Assembly: GCA_035550375.1 (NCBI GenBank)
Contig: DASZPH010000085.1
Coordinates: 271,769 to 335,768, forward strand
Origin: Pirellulales bacterium
GTDB lineage: Bacteria > Planctomycetota > Planctomycetia > Pirellulales > JAICIG01
Reading direction: 5' to 3'
DNA: 64,000 nucleotides
Shown here: positions 39,611 to 47,838 of the stretch, in pieces
Layout of the letters: each line of letters starts with the position of its first letter
Position numbering within the stretch: position 1 is the first letter of the stretch
Translations under genes and position numbers: made by a program
The notes under the pieces: model-generated
Databases searched by the model: none
Told to the model about the DNA's origin: nothing
The model's input: the letters and a program-made list of their open reading frames with translations, nothing else

Positions 39611-41686
39611 CTATGGTCGTGGGCCCGAGCCGCGTCCCTTTCCCTTGCGTGCTTTGTCCTGACGACTCGCAGTCTTTCGCCCTGGCCGGTAACCCGCCTT
39701 AGGCAAACCACGCTCGCCGGCTGGCTCACCCTTCGCCGGGTTGGCGACAGAATGGTAATGGTCCGAATCATTGGCCCGACGCCTGCGCGCCTCGATCGCT
39801 TCCTTCGGCGGCCGGTCCGGAATAAGGCAATCGCAACCGCTGCCGATCAGATCCTGCCGCCCCGCTTGCTCCAGCGCCCGCCGCACCTCGAAATAATTCT
39901 CCGGCTTGAAGAACTGCAAGAGGGCACGTTGCAGCTTGCGGTCGCGAAGGTGCCTGGCGATGTAGACCGGTTTGCCGGTGAACGGATCGAGCCCCGTGTG
40001 ATACATGCAGGCCGCGATGTCGAACGGGCTGGGAATGAAATCCTGCACCTGGTCGGGCCGGTAGCCGTTGCGCTTGAGGAAAACCGCCAGCTCGATCATC
40101 GAGTCGAGGTCGCTCCCCGGATGGCTGGCGATGAAGTAGGGGACGAGGTACTGCTTCTTGCCGGCCGCCCGTGAGGCCTTCTTGAATTCGCGGTCGAACT
40201 CGACGAAATCCTCCCGGCCGGGCTTTTTCATCAGGTCGAGCACTTTGCTGTCGATGTGCTCCGGGGCGACCTTCATGTGGCCGCCCACGTGGTGGGTCGC
40301 CAGCTCGCGCATGTACACGGGGCTGCGGCGGGCCAGGTCCATGCGGATACCGGAGGCCACGAAGACCTTCTTGATTCCCGGTTCTTCGCGGGCCTGTTTC
40401 ATCAACTCGATGAGCGGGCCGTGATCCGTGCCCAGCAGCTTGCAGATCGTCGGGTGGACGCAGCTCAAGCGGCGGCAACGGGCCTCGACCTCCGGCCGCT
40501 GGCAGCGCATCTGGTACATGTTGGCGGTGGGGCCGCCGATGTCGCTCACGACGCCGGCGAACTTCGGGTCCTCCTTCATCTGGCGGATTTCCGCCAGCAC
40601 CGACTCCTGGCTGCGGCTCTGGATGATCCGCCCCTCGTGGGCCGTGATCGAACAGAACGTGCAGCCGCCGAAGCAGCCCCGCATTATCTGGACCGAGTCT
40701 TTCACCACCTCGTGGGCCGGAATCGGCTGGTCGCCGTAGCTCGGGTGGGGCTGGCGCGTGTAGGGGAGGCCGTAGACGCGGTCCATCTCGGCCTGGCTTA
40801 GCGGCAAGGCCGGAGGGTTGACGACCACCGCCTCGCGATCGTGGGTCTGCACCAGCCGCCGCGCGTTGTGGGGGTTCGTCTCGTTGTGGGCGATCTTGGT
40901 GAGCTGCGCGAACGCCCGTTTGTCGGCCACCACCTCTTCGTAGCTCGGCAGGCGGATGGTGTTTTCGGTCGGCGGCGGTTCGCTGGCTCCCAACCGGTAG
41001 ACGACGCCCCGCAGATCGCGCAGGTCACGCACCGTTTCGCCGCGGGCCAGGCGGTGGGCGATCTCGACGATCGGCCGCTCGCCCATGCCGAACACCACCA
41101 GGTCGGCCTTGCAGTCGAGGATGATCGAGCGGCGGACCTTGTCGCTCCAATAGTCGTAATGGGCCAGCCGCCGCAGACTCGCCTCGACTCCTCCGGCGAT
41201 GACCGGTACGCCCTTATACGCCTCGCGGGCGCGCTGGCAATAGGCGAGCGTGGCGCGATCGGGCCGCCGCCCGATGGCGCCACCCGGGCTGTAGGCGTCG
41301 TCGTTGCGCACCTTGCGATTTGCCGTGTAGTGGTTGATCATCGAGTCCATGTTGCCGGCGCTGACCGCGAAGAACAGCCGTGGCCTGCCGAATGTCCGCC
41401 AGGCGTCGCAGGACCGCCAGTCTGGCTGGCTCAGAATGGCCACTCTGAAACCTTCGGATTCCAGCAGCCGGCCGAGCAGCGCCATGGCGAAGCTGGGGTG
41501 GTCGACGTAGGCATCCCCCGTGACGAACACGACGTCGACTTCGGTCCATCCCCGCGCCTGCATCTCCTCCCTCGACATCGGAAGGGGCTGTGTCAGCCGG
41601 CGCGCAGCGGGGGCCTGACCGACGATCGGCAGGGAGAGGGAGTCGGGCTGGCGGGCGGTGACGGACATTCGCGAGGGCAGACGCAA
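39611..41686 (-). CDS. ygiQ: YgiQ family radical SAM protein
   Basis: '[26 protein letters not shown]', radical-SAM cluster region '[18 protein letters not shown]', basic C-terminal tail. Confidence 0.9.
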   Translation of the reverse strand: MRLPSRMSVTARQPDSLSLPIVGQAPAARRLTQPLPMSREEMQARGWTEVDVVFVTGDAYVDHPSFAMALLGRLLESEGFRVAILSQPDWRSCDAWRTFGRPRLFFAVSAGNMDSMINHYTANRKVRNDDAYSPGGAIGRRPDRATLAYCQRAREAYKGVPVIAGGVEASLRRLAHYDYWSDKVRRSIILDCKADLVVFGMGERPIVEIAHRLARGETVRDLRDLRGVVYRLGASEPPPTENTIRLPSYEEVVADKRAFAQLTKIAHNETNPHNARRLVQTHDREAVVVNPPALPLSQAEMDRVYGLPYTRQPHPSYGDQPIPAHEVVKDSVQIMRGCFGGCTFCSITAHEGRIIQSRSQESVLAEIRQMKEDPKFAGVVSDIGGPTANMYQMRCQRPEVEARCRRLSCVHPTICKLLGTDHGPLIELMKQAREEPGIKKVFVASGIRMDLARRSPVYMRELATHHVGGHMKVAPEHIDSKVLDLMKKPGREDFVEFDREFKKASRAAGKKQYLVPYFIASHPGSDLDSMIELAVFLKRNGYRPDQVQDFIPSPFDIAACMYHTGLDPFTGKPVYIARHLRDRKLQRALLQFFKPENYFEVRRALEQAGRQDLIGSGCDCLIPDRPPKEAIEARRRRANDSDHYHSVANPAKGEPAGERGLPKAGYRPGRKTASRQDKARKGKGRGSGPRP

Positions 41687-42257
41687 AACGCGTGCGAAGG
41701 AGGATCGGGCAACCTGTTATTCTAGCGTTGCGGTCCAGCCGATCGCTATGGAATGAAGCTGCTGGTAGTGGGACATCAGCGTGGTGCTGGGCTGGGCTCG
41801 TGCCCAGCGATCACGAGACACCCTCTCCCTCCAGCGTGTCGGCCACTTCGCGGATGACGGCGATCGCCTCCACGCGGGACCGCTCCCATTCCCTTTCCCC
41901 AAGGCCACCACCAGAGGCAAGGTTGTGTTCGAGCGTAAACCCGCGCAGTACGAGAAGCTCCCGGCGCGTTTATTCGTCTTTGGTCTCGTCAAGTATCCTG
42001 GCGGCTAGCCGTAGAAAATGGACCCGCGATGGCCATGCGATTCACCTATTCTCGATACGGGTTCTCGTCCATGGCGCCTATTCTACCGCGCTGGATCTGG
42101 CCTGCGCGACTGCCCTTGTTTGGGCAAGGGAGAACCTGTACTTTCCTCCCACGGTCCAGCCACTCCCTGGATCCAGCCGCTTAGGCTGGATCGGCACTCC
42201 TGGTTGGGTTAGCATTGCGGGTGGTTAACACGCCCCCGCAAAGAGCCATGCACCAGG

Positions 42258-42635
42258 ATGGCAGACGCTGACTGGCAGAAGGTCTGGGTTCGCTATGCCA
42301 AGCATCGCAAGGCCACGGTCCGGGACGTAAAAAACGGCGTGGCCAAACAGTGGTCGCAATCGGAAAACTCCCAAGCCCAATACCATCCAGAGAATTATGG
42401 CGGCGACGAGCAAGTCAAGGCCCTCGACATGCTCTGCCTTGAAAACGGCGTTTTAATTCGTGCAACGGCCGTAAAGAGGACCTATTATTACGATTGCGGA
42501 GCCGGAAACTACGTCGGCTATTGCTGTGGCACCTTGACGACGTTCGTCCACACCGAATGGCACAGGGCTGGCGAGATTCACGGCAGGCCGATCTGCAAGA
42601 AGTGTCTAAACCAAAAGCCGGGCGTCGACCTATGA
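42258..42635 (+). CDS. hypothetical Cys-rich protein (island cargo)
   Basis: Track ORF in the lower-GC region. 'YYYDCGAGNYVGYCCG...PICKKC'. ATGA-coupled to the next ORF. Confidence 0.4.
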   Translation: MADADWQKVWVRYAKHRKATVRDVKNGVAKQWSQSENSQAQYHPENYGGDEQVKALDMLCLENGVLIRATAVKRTYYYDCGAGNYVGYCCGTLTTFVHTEWHRAGEIHGRPICKKCLNQKPGVDL

Positions 42636-43030
42636 TCCTCTATCCGCAAATCCCCTCAGACTTTGGGTGCGAAGTAGTTGGGTATCTCTACGATTCCGAC
42701 GATCCGGCCGACCTTGGCCAGACAATGATGGAAATCGTGACCCCGAAGGGCGTGTGCGTTAATTGCGGGTGGCTCCCTGAAGGCGACCCCAACGGAGCCT
42801 ATCGAATCGTTGTGACTCAAGGATTCCGACGCGTGATGCGCGACTACGAAACCAGAAGCATTGAGGAGGCGGCCCGAAGACTAGAAGCCATCACCAAGTC
42901 ACTTTGCGTGGGCGTGCCTTTCTTGAGTTCAATCTCTGGCGCCGTCCGGCAGACTGTAAACTTTGCATTGCCAGCGGCGAAAAACAGCGTTGAGGTGTCG
43001 GCTGGTCGTCCCGAATTGGCCATTAGCTGA
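42632..43030 (+). CDS. hypothetical protein (island cargo)
   Basis: ATG 42632 overlaps the previous stop (ATGA), in frame with track ORF 42494..43030. Confidence 0.4.
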   Translation: MILYPQIPSDFGCEVVGYLYDSDDPADLGQTMMEIVTPKGVCVNCGWLPEGDPNGAYRIVVTQGFRRVMRDYETRSIEEAARRLEAITKSLCVGVPFLSSISGAVRQTVNFALPAAKNSVEVSAGRPELAIS

Positions 43031-43041
43031 AGCCGCGAAAG

Positions 43042-43506
43042 ATGCCGAAGCCCATCTTTATCGTCTGTGCCCAAAGCGTTATCGAGGACAAGACGACTAA
43101 TAATGTAAGCATTCTTAATGTTTTAGAGAAGATTAGTTATATCAAAAGAAAACCCAGCGACGACCAGCCAGTCACGCAGTTCAATTGCAATGTTCTCGCA
43201 GTATGGCGCCGTGAAACGAGCGACATAAACGTCGAGTTCGAGACGGAGTTTTCTTTGATTCTTCCGAGCAGCGGTGACATCCATTCTCTCGCCAGTTCCC
43301 CCTTTACATTTCCCGAAGACAAGGAGCTTTGGCGATTTAATCTGATGTTTTCGGGGATGCCCCCGATAGATGGCGATGGGACATTGATTTTCCGTCACGG
43401 GCTAAGGAAGAAGGCGGCATCCGAATGGCTTTATCAGAGCTATCCCGTGTCGGTCGAGGCACTCAAAACAGAGAACGAATCGGCACAGAAGGCCACCAGG
43501 AAATAG
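43042..43506 (+). CDS. hypothetical protein (island cargo)
   Basis: Track ORF 11 nt after the previous stop. AT-rich codon usage unlike the flanks. Confidence 0.45.
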   Translation: MPKPIFIVCAQSVIEDKTTNNVSILNVLEKISYIKRKPSDDQPVTQFNCNVLAVWRRETSDINVEFETEFSLILPSSGDIHSLASSPFTFPEDKELWRFNLMFSGMPPIDGDGTLIFRHGLRKKAASEWLYQSYPVSVEALKTENESAQKATRK

Positions 43507-43513
43507 CTCGCGT

Positions 43514-44536
43514 TTAGGAAAGAACCGCCGCGAACAGTTCATCGAACGTCCAAGGGTGATCGGTCAGACCGGCCATCATGCAAGCCGTCGACCGAAGCTT
43601 GCCGGACTTGCCCGGCTTGCGGGTCCGCCAGCAGTAGTTGTAGTGGGCGGCGAAGATAGCGAATGCCGCTTCAAGATTTCTTAGTTTTTTGCTAAATGCG
43701 TAGGTCAGCCGGTTGAGCCGCTTCAAGAACAGCCGTTGGGTGCCGTTTAACCGCTCGACGTGGCTCGTGCATATCGTCCACCGCTCGCCTTCGCTCATGC
43801 CGCGCCGTGCCCGACGGCGCGTGCCTATCATTTCACTGGGCGTGTAGATGATCTTGGCATTTCGATATTCTTTAATTATTGTTCCATATTTCACGTAAGG
43901 CCCGAAAGCCAAATCGACCGCTTCCGGATAAGCCGCGAAGGCGTCGGTCGAGACCTGGACCAGCCTCTTGAACGCGCCCTGTTGATAGGCGTGATCGTCT
44001 GAGGCGTGCGCCGTCGGCCAGACGAGTCGACTGGCCACGTCACGCATGAACCGCCGTGCATTGTCGCCCGAGCGCTTGCCGATCAAAAACGACGGCAGCA
44101 GCTTAGTATCGGTGTCGAGGCACGTCCAGATGTAGACCTCGCCAATGTCGTGGCGCTTCTCGCGCTCTTCCAGTGTGAGCCGATGCTGCTTCTTCAGCAC
44201 CGTCGTATGCTGCTCGTCAAACTGGAGATGCCCCAACGTCAGGCCCCGCATCCGCTGGTCAAGAAAACGTCGGCACGCTTCCCCGAAGTGGACAAGCAGC
44301 TTGAGAATCGTTTTCTTGTGGATGCCGGTCAGCCGAACCGCACTACGGATTGACGAGCCTTCGGCCAACAGATGAAGCACTCGCTTGGCATCTTCGACCG
44401 GCACGCGCATCACGCCAAGCGGCTTTGCCTTGGGTGCCCCAAACCGCTTACCGCACAAGAGGCACTTGTAGCGTTGATTCCCGTCTCGATCCTTGCCGTC
44501 TTTCTTCAACGACGTGTGGGCACACGCGACCATCAT
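43514..44536 (-). mobile_element. IS1-family-like transposase gene (terminal inverted repeats not identified)
   Basis: N-terminal zinc finger 'YKCLLCGKRF', HTH region, DDE-type core ('QFDEQHT', 'STDAFAAY'). C-terminal 'HVERLNGTQRLFLKRLNRLTYAFSKKLRNLEAAFAIFAAHYNYC' resembles the IS1 InsB signature. Confidence 0.7.
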
Positions 44537-44741
44537 TTGCCGTTTCCCTTGCTGGGCTACGGCCGGTCGCTAGAATTCGCTTACCACAGACGGTTCAGGC
44601 GACCAGCCTGGATTGTTTGCCCGTGGTTGCCCGCCAAGGCTTCCACGGGTTTCTTTGTCTGCCGTTATTGTAACGATAAAAACATAACGGTCAAGTGGCA
44701 GTAGACTTGACCACCGATGTTTTTATCCTTACACTTTCGAC

Positions 44742-44921
44742 ATGGCACGACCAAAGAAGGAAGCAGGCATGGCCCGTGACAAACTGATGCAAGTCAGGGT
44801 CAAGCCGCAAGAGTACGAATCGTTCAAGGAAGCCGCCGACATATCGGGGCTAGATCTATCCGCATGGGTTCGCCAGCAGCTCTTGCTGGCCGTTAGGAAG
44901 GTCGCTCGAAAGAGCGCCTGA
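44742..44921 (+). CDS. 59-aa ribbon-helix-helix (CopG/MobC-like) protein
   Basis: Not in the ORF track (too short). 'MARPKKEAGMARDKLMQVRVKPQEYESFKEAADISGLDLSAWVRQQLLLAVRKVARKSA' has the beta-strand/helix/helix pattern of RHH proteins. Stop at 44919-44921. Confidence 0.55.
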   Translation: MARPKKEAGMARDKLMQVRVKPQEYESFKEAADISGLDLSAWVRQQLLLAVRKVARKSA

Positions 44922-44922
44922 G

Positions 44923-45011
44923 CGGAGTGGCGGGGGAATCGAACCCGGCGAAAAATCGCTCCTGACGCGGTTTATAAAACCGCTGCGCGGCCAACACGCG
45001 GGCCGCCCTCC
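44923..45011 (-). tRNA. non-canonical tRNA-like gene: 9-bp acceptor / 3-bp T stem, long variable arm, anticodon UAU
   Basis: Hand fold of the minus strand: GGAGGGCGG-CC-CGCG-UGUUGGC-CGCG-CA-GCGGU-UUUAUAA-ACCGC-GUCAGGA-GCGA-UUUU-UCGC-C-GGG-UUCGAUU-CCC-CCGCC(A)CUCC-G. Has a T-loop UUCGAUU and GG in the D-loop. No encoded CCA. Confidence 0.5.
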
Positions 45012-45107
45012 GAATGGAGAGCGGTCGATTTACGGCGCTAGAGAAGATCGCTTCATGTAAGAGAGACACCGGGTAGAAACGGCCAGTTCGCGCAACGAGG
45101 GTTACAA

Positions 45108-45965
45108 ATGGGAAAGAAGGGAAAGAAGTCACGTCGGAAGAGAAAGAACAAATCCAAGCCAAGCGAAGCCGGCGGCGAAGAGGAGACAGCCCCCCAAGAT
45201 CCAGAGTCCCAACTTCCATCCACTGTCGGAGCTAAGGCCGATCAGGACACAGGCCAAGGCCAGACCGCCAGCCAACCCGCCAAGGAAAAGCGACGGTGGC
45301 AAAAACCACCTGTTAGCCAAGAGTGGCTGAAATTTGCCGAAGTTCTGTGCGCTGGCGCGATAGTGATATTCGCCGCAATAGCCCAAAAGAACGCGCAGGA
45401 CGCGGCGAAGTCCGCAGAGGCAACCGTGAGGCAGGCTAGGGCCGACTCTGAAAAAATCCAAAAACTTGTCAACGAAACGGGCGTTAAATTTCTGCGGGCA
45501 TACGTGAGCGTTCAGCCGGGTGGCGTCGAGCCGTCTAAAAAGCCAGATGAACTCAAGGCTACCATAAACATCGTGAACAATGGCATGACCAGGGCGCACA
45601 AGATCGCAATGCGATCCAATGCCCTTCTTGCGCCGCTGAACTATTCCGGAGAATTCGTGACGATGCCCCATCCCACCAGGAATTGGTTGGGACCAAGCGA
45701 CAACTTTCTCTTGATGGTCTCTGTCCCGGCAAGCGAGACCCAACGGAAAGCCTTGAAGGACGGCGAATTGGTTCTGTGGGTCTATGGCCGCATAGAGTAC
45801 AAAGACGACTACAAGGGCGATCGGTACACCGAGTTTCGCTATTACTGGGATGGACAGAACGAGACCTTTAATTTTGCCAATAATGGCAATCAGGCCGACG
45901 AATGGCCGGAGGAATCCGACGCGAATATGGAAGCTAGTCACGATCTAGTCCTCCCCGCGAAGTAG
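45108..45965 (+). CDS. hypothetical membrane protein with Lys/Arg-rich N-terminus
   Basis: 'MGKKGKKSRRKRKNKSKP', acidic linker, TM 'VLCAGAIVIFAAIA', then a ~190-aa beta-rich domain. Confidence 0.5.
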   Translation: MGKKGKKSRRKRKNKSKPSEAGGEEETAPQDPESQLPSTVGAKADQDTGQGQTASQPAKEKRRWQKPPVSQEWLKFAEVLCAGAIVIFAAIAQKNAQDAAKSAEATVRQARADSEKIQKLVNETGVKFLRAYVSVQPGGVEPSKKPDELKATINIVNNGMTRAHKIAMRSNALLAPLNYSGEFVTMPHPTRNWLGPSDNFLLMVSVPASETQRKALKDGELVLWVYGRIEYKDDYKGDRYTEFRYYWDGQNETFNFANNGNQADEWPEESDANMEASHDLVLPAK

Positions 45966-46198
45966 CAGCACCACGGCCTGAGCCCACTACCAAGCTGCTG
46001 GTGTGCTTCCATTTGGCGCGAGTGTCAGGAAAAAACCGCGTTTGGGCCAAAACCGACTGCTTAGGCAAAGAGCTCGCAGCTCAGCGCTGTATTAAGAAAT
46101 CCCCACGACTCCCACGTGCCTTCAATCTGCCATGACCGAAGGCACCGGTGTACCGATTCTGGTAAAAACGAGGAACATACAAGCGCTGTGCCGGGAGA

Positions 46199-46456
46199 TT
46201 AGGCAGGCAGGCTTTCGATCCACTTTCTTGCTCGCGCGACGACCTCGCAAATATCCGGAATTGGGTCATCGCTCTCCGATGCGAAGATGATGTCGAACTG
46301 AATCCTTTCCGCCTGGTCCTTTATGCCGTGCCCGTGGCCTTCGATCGCACTCGCGAGACCTACTAGCTGCCGCCCCACATCGAGGCAGTCGGACTTCCCA
46401 GAATCCCACTGGTCACAGACCTCGCGCATCATTTGAATGATGGTCGCGTTTGACAT
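46199..46456 (-). CDS. hypothetical small protein
   Basis: Internal Met 'MSNATIIQMMREVCDQW...' of track ORF 46199..46702. Overlaps the next ORF by 28 nt. Confidence 0.3.
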   Translation of the reverse strand: MSNATIIQMMREVCDQWDSGKSDCLDVGRQLVGLASAIEGHGHGIKDQAERIQFDIIFASESDDPIPDICEVVARARKWIESLPA

Positions 46457-46686
46457 GCCCACATCATAGCGTCGGCGGGGCGGCTGGTGGCGCGAAAGTT
46501 GATGTAAGCCTCGTTCCCAGCGGCTCCAAGTGGAATGTTCAGATCCACAAGCAGGCATCGGCGGAGCATTGCCCAACCCCAGTCGTCGCGCCGTTGCTCG
46601 ACGCTGAATCCGAGCTTCTGGTAAAAGTCGATGCTGGCCGGCATGCTCTTCCCCGGCAACATTGGTATGAGACGGCTCAAGTTCAT
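46429..46686 (-). pseudogene. possible truncated glyoxalase/bleomycin-resistance (VOC) family fragment
   Basis: 'LIPMLPGKSMPASIDFYQKLGFSVE' resembles the first beta-alpha-beta module of VOC proteins, but the ORF is only 85 aa and overlaps another frame. Confidence 0.3.
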
Positions 46687-46740
46687 CGGAACCCTTTAGC
46701 AATTTCGATGGTGAATCTCGATTACGGCTACGCCGCTTCG

Positions 46741-46932
46741 TCAGCGTTGGTCATGGTCTCGTAATCGCCGCAGCAGGGCTAACCGTTCGCGGAGAAGCTC
46801 CCGCAGACGGCATTCGTCGGCCTCGGGATTCTCGTGGCGCAAACCGTCGAGGATGATCCGGCAAGAACGGTCGAAAACGCTCGCTCCCGCCAATAGCTTG
46901 TCTTCTGGCGACATGGCGCGGGCCGCTCGCAC
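46741..46932 (-). CDS. hypothetical small helical protein
   Basis: Track ORF of 63 aa. No motif recognised. Confidence 0.3.
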   Translation of the reverse strand: MRAARAMSPEDKLLAGASVFDRSCRIILDGLRHENPEADECRLRELLRERLALLRRLRDHDQR

Positions 46933-46980
46933 CTTCGAGAGGTAGCTCTCGTCGATTAGCTCCTAAGTGGGCCTCACCTT

Positions 46981-47679
46981 CTACCAGTGGAAGTGCAGAT
47001 GCGGAATCGACTCCTGTAGCCGGCCGGCCCCCTCCTCGGTCGCCTCGCTCCCCTCAATATACAAATTCTGGAGCTGATCGAACCCCAGAAGCTGCTCCAA
47101 CCCGGCATCGGTGATCGGCGCGTTCTGCAGGATCAGCGTGGTCAGTTCAGGCAGGCGTCGCACGCTCGCCAGACCGTTGTCGCCGATCTTGCTGGCGCCG
47201 AAACGAAGCAACCGCAAATGGCTCAGGGAAGTCAGCTTCTTCAGCCCCGCTGAAGTCACATCGGCGCCGGCGAAATTGAGCGTTTCCAGCTCCCGCATGC
47301 CCAGCAGGTTTTCCAGCCCGTCGTCCGTCACGCTCGTTTCGCCCAGGACAAGCGTTCGCAACTCGGTTAATCCGGCCAGGCGATGCAAGCCGGTGTCGCT
47401 GATCCGGGCCTGCTTGAGCACGAGCCGATGCAAACCGGTCAAGCCGGTAAGTTGCTCAAGATCGGCATCCGAAACCGGCTGCGATTCCAGTTCGATCGCG
47501 TCCGACTTGCCCTCGCGCACCTGGCGAACCTGTTCGGCGAGCGAATCGTCGGATCGCGGCGATTCAATCGCCGGTGCGGCATTTCTCGCCCGCGGCGCGG
47601 GCGGCTCGCAGCCCGTCGCGGCCGCGAGCCAGACCACCAACAGGGAGAAGTGAACGAGCTGCGAACGCGGCAAAGTCAA
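46981..47679 (-). CDS. leucine-rich repeat lipoprotein
   Basis: Lipobox-like 'LAAATGC'. Tandem ~24-aa LRRs ('LTGLHRLVLKQARISDTGLHRLAGLTELRTLVLGETSVTDDGLENL...'). Confidence 0.75.
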   Translation of the reverse strand: MTLPRSQLVHFSLLVVWLAAATGCEPPAPRARNAAPAIESPRSDDSLAEQVRQVREGKSDAIELESQPVSDADLEQLTGLTGLHRLVLKQARISDTGLHRLAGLTELRTLVLGETSVTDDGLENLLGMRELETLNFAGADVTSAGLKKLTSLSHLRLLRFGASKIGDNGLASVRRLPELTTLILQNAPITDAGLEQLLGFDQLQNLYIEGSEATEEGAGRLQESIPHLHFHW

Positions 47680-47698
47680 TGAACCGTGGATGGCACAA

Positions 47699-47790
47699 GG
47701 AGAAAGTCAAAATACAAAATGCAAAAGTCAACCGGAAATCGGCGCGCATCGCAACTTGCCCCTTCCCGATTCTGCATTTTGACTCTCTTC
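47699..47790. repeat. AT-rich-arm hairpin element (imperfect inverted repeat)
   Basis: 'GGAGAAAGTCAAAATACAAAATGCAAAAGTCAACCGGAAATCGG' versus 'CCCGATTCTGCATTTTGACTCTCTTC'. Lies just 3' of the DUF3500 gene stop. Confidence 0.6.
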
Positions 47791-47838
47791 GGCTGTGACT
47801 CCGTGGTTACCTCCTCAACATAGTTCTGTTTTGGGATG

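Noticed and set aside
41790-42010. Minus-strand reading frame ending '...REWERSRVEAIAVIREVADTLEGEGVS' that looks protein-like.
   Set aside because: It has no usable start and is interrupted upstream by an in-frame TAA (41970-41972). It is probably a decayed gene remnant and is not annotated as a feature.
43507-44741. Attempt to define full IS boundaries and terminal inverted repeats around the transposase.
   Set aside because: I could not find matching terminal repeats by eye. The transposase stop lies 7 nt from the neighbouring ORF, so only the transposase gene is reported.
44923-45011. Reading the tRNA-like gene as a canonical 7/5 class II tRNA (Ser/Leu) or as tRNA-Sec.
   Set aside because: A 7-bp acceptor leaves 2 mismatches and a 5-bp T stem leaves 2 C-C mismatches. 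The anticodon loop gives UAU, not UCA or a Ser/Leu anticodon. Only the 9/3 pairing uses all the complementary bases.
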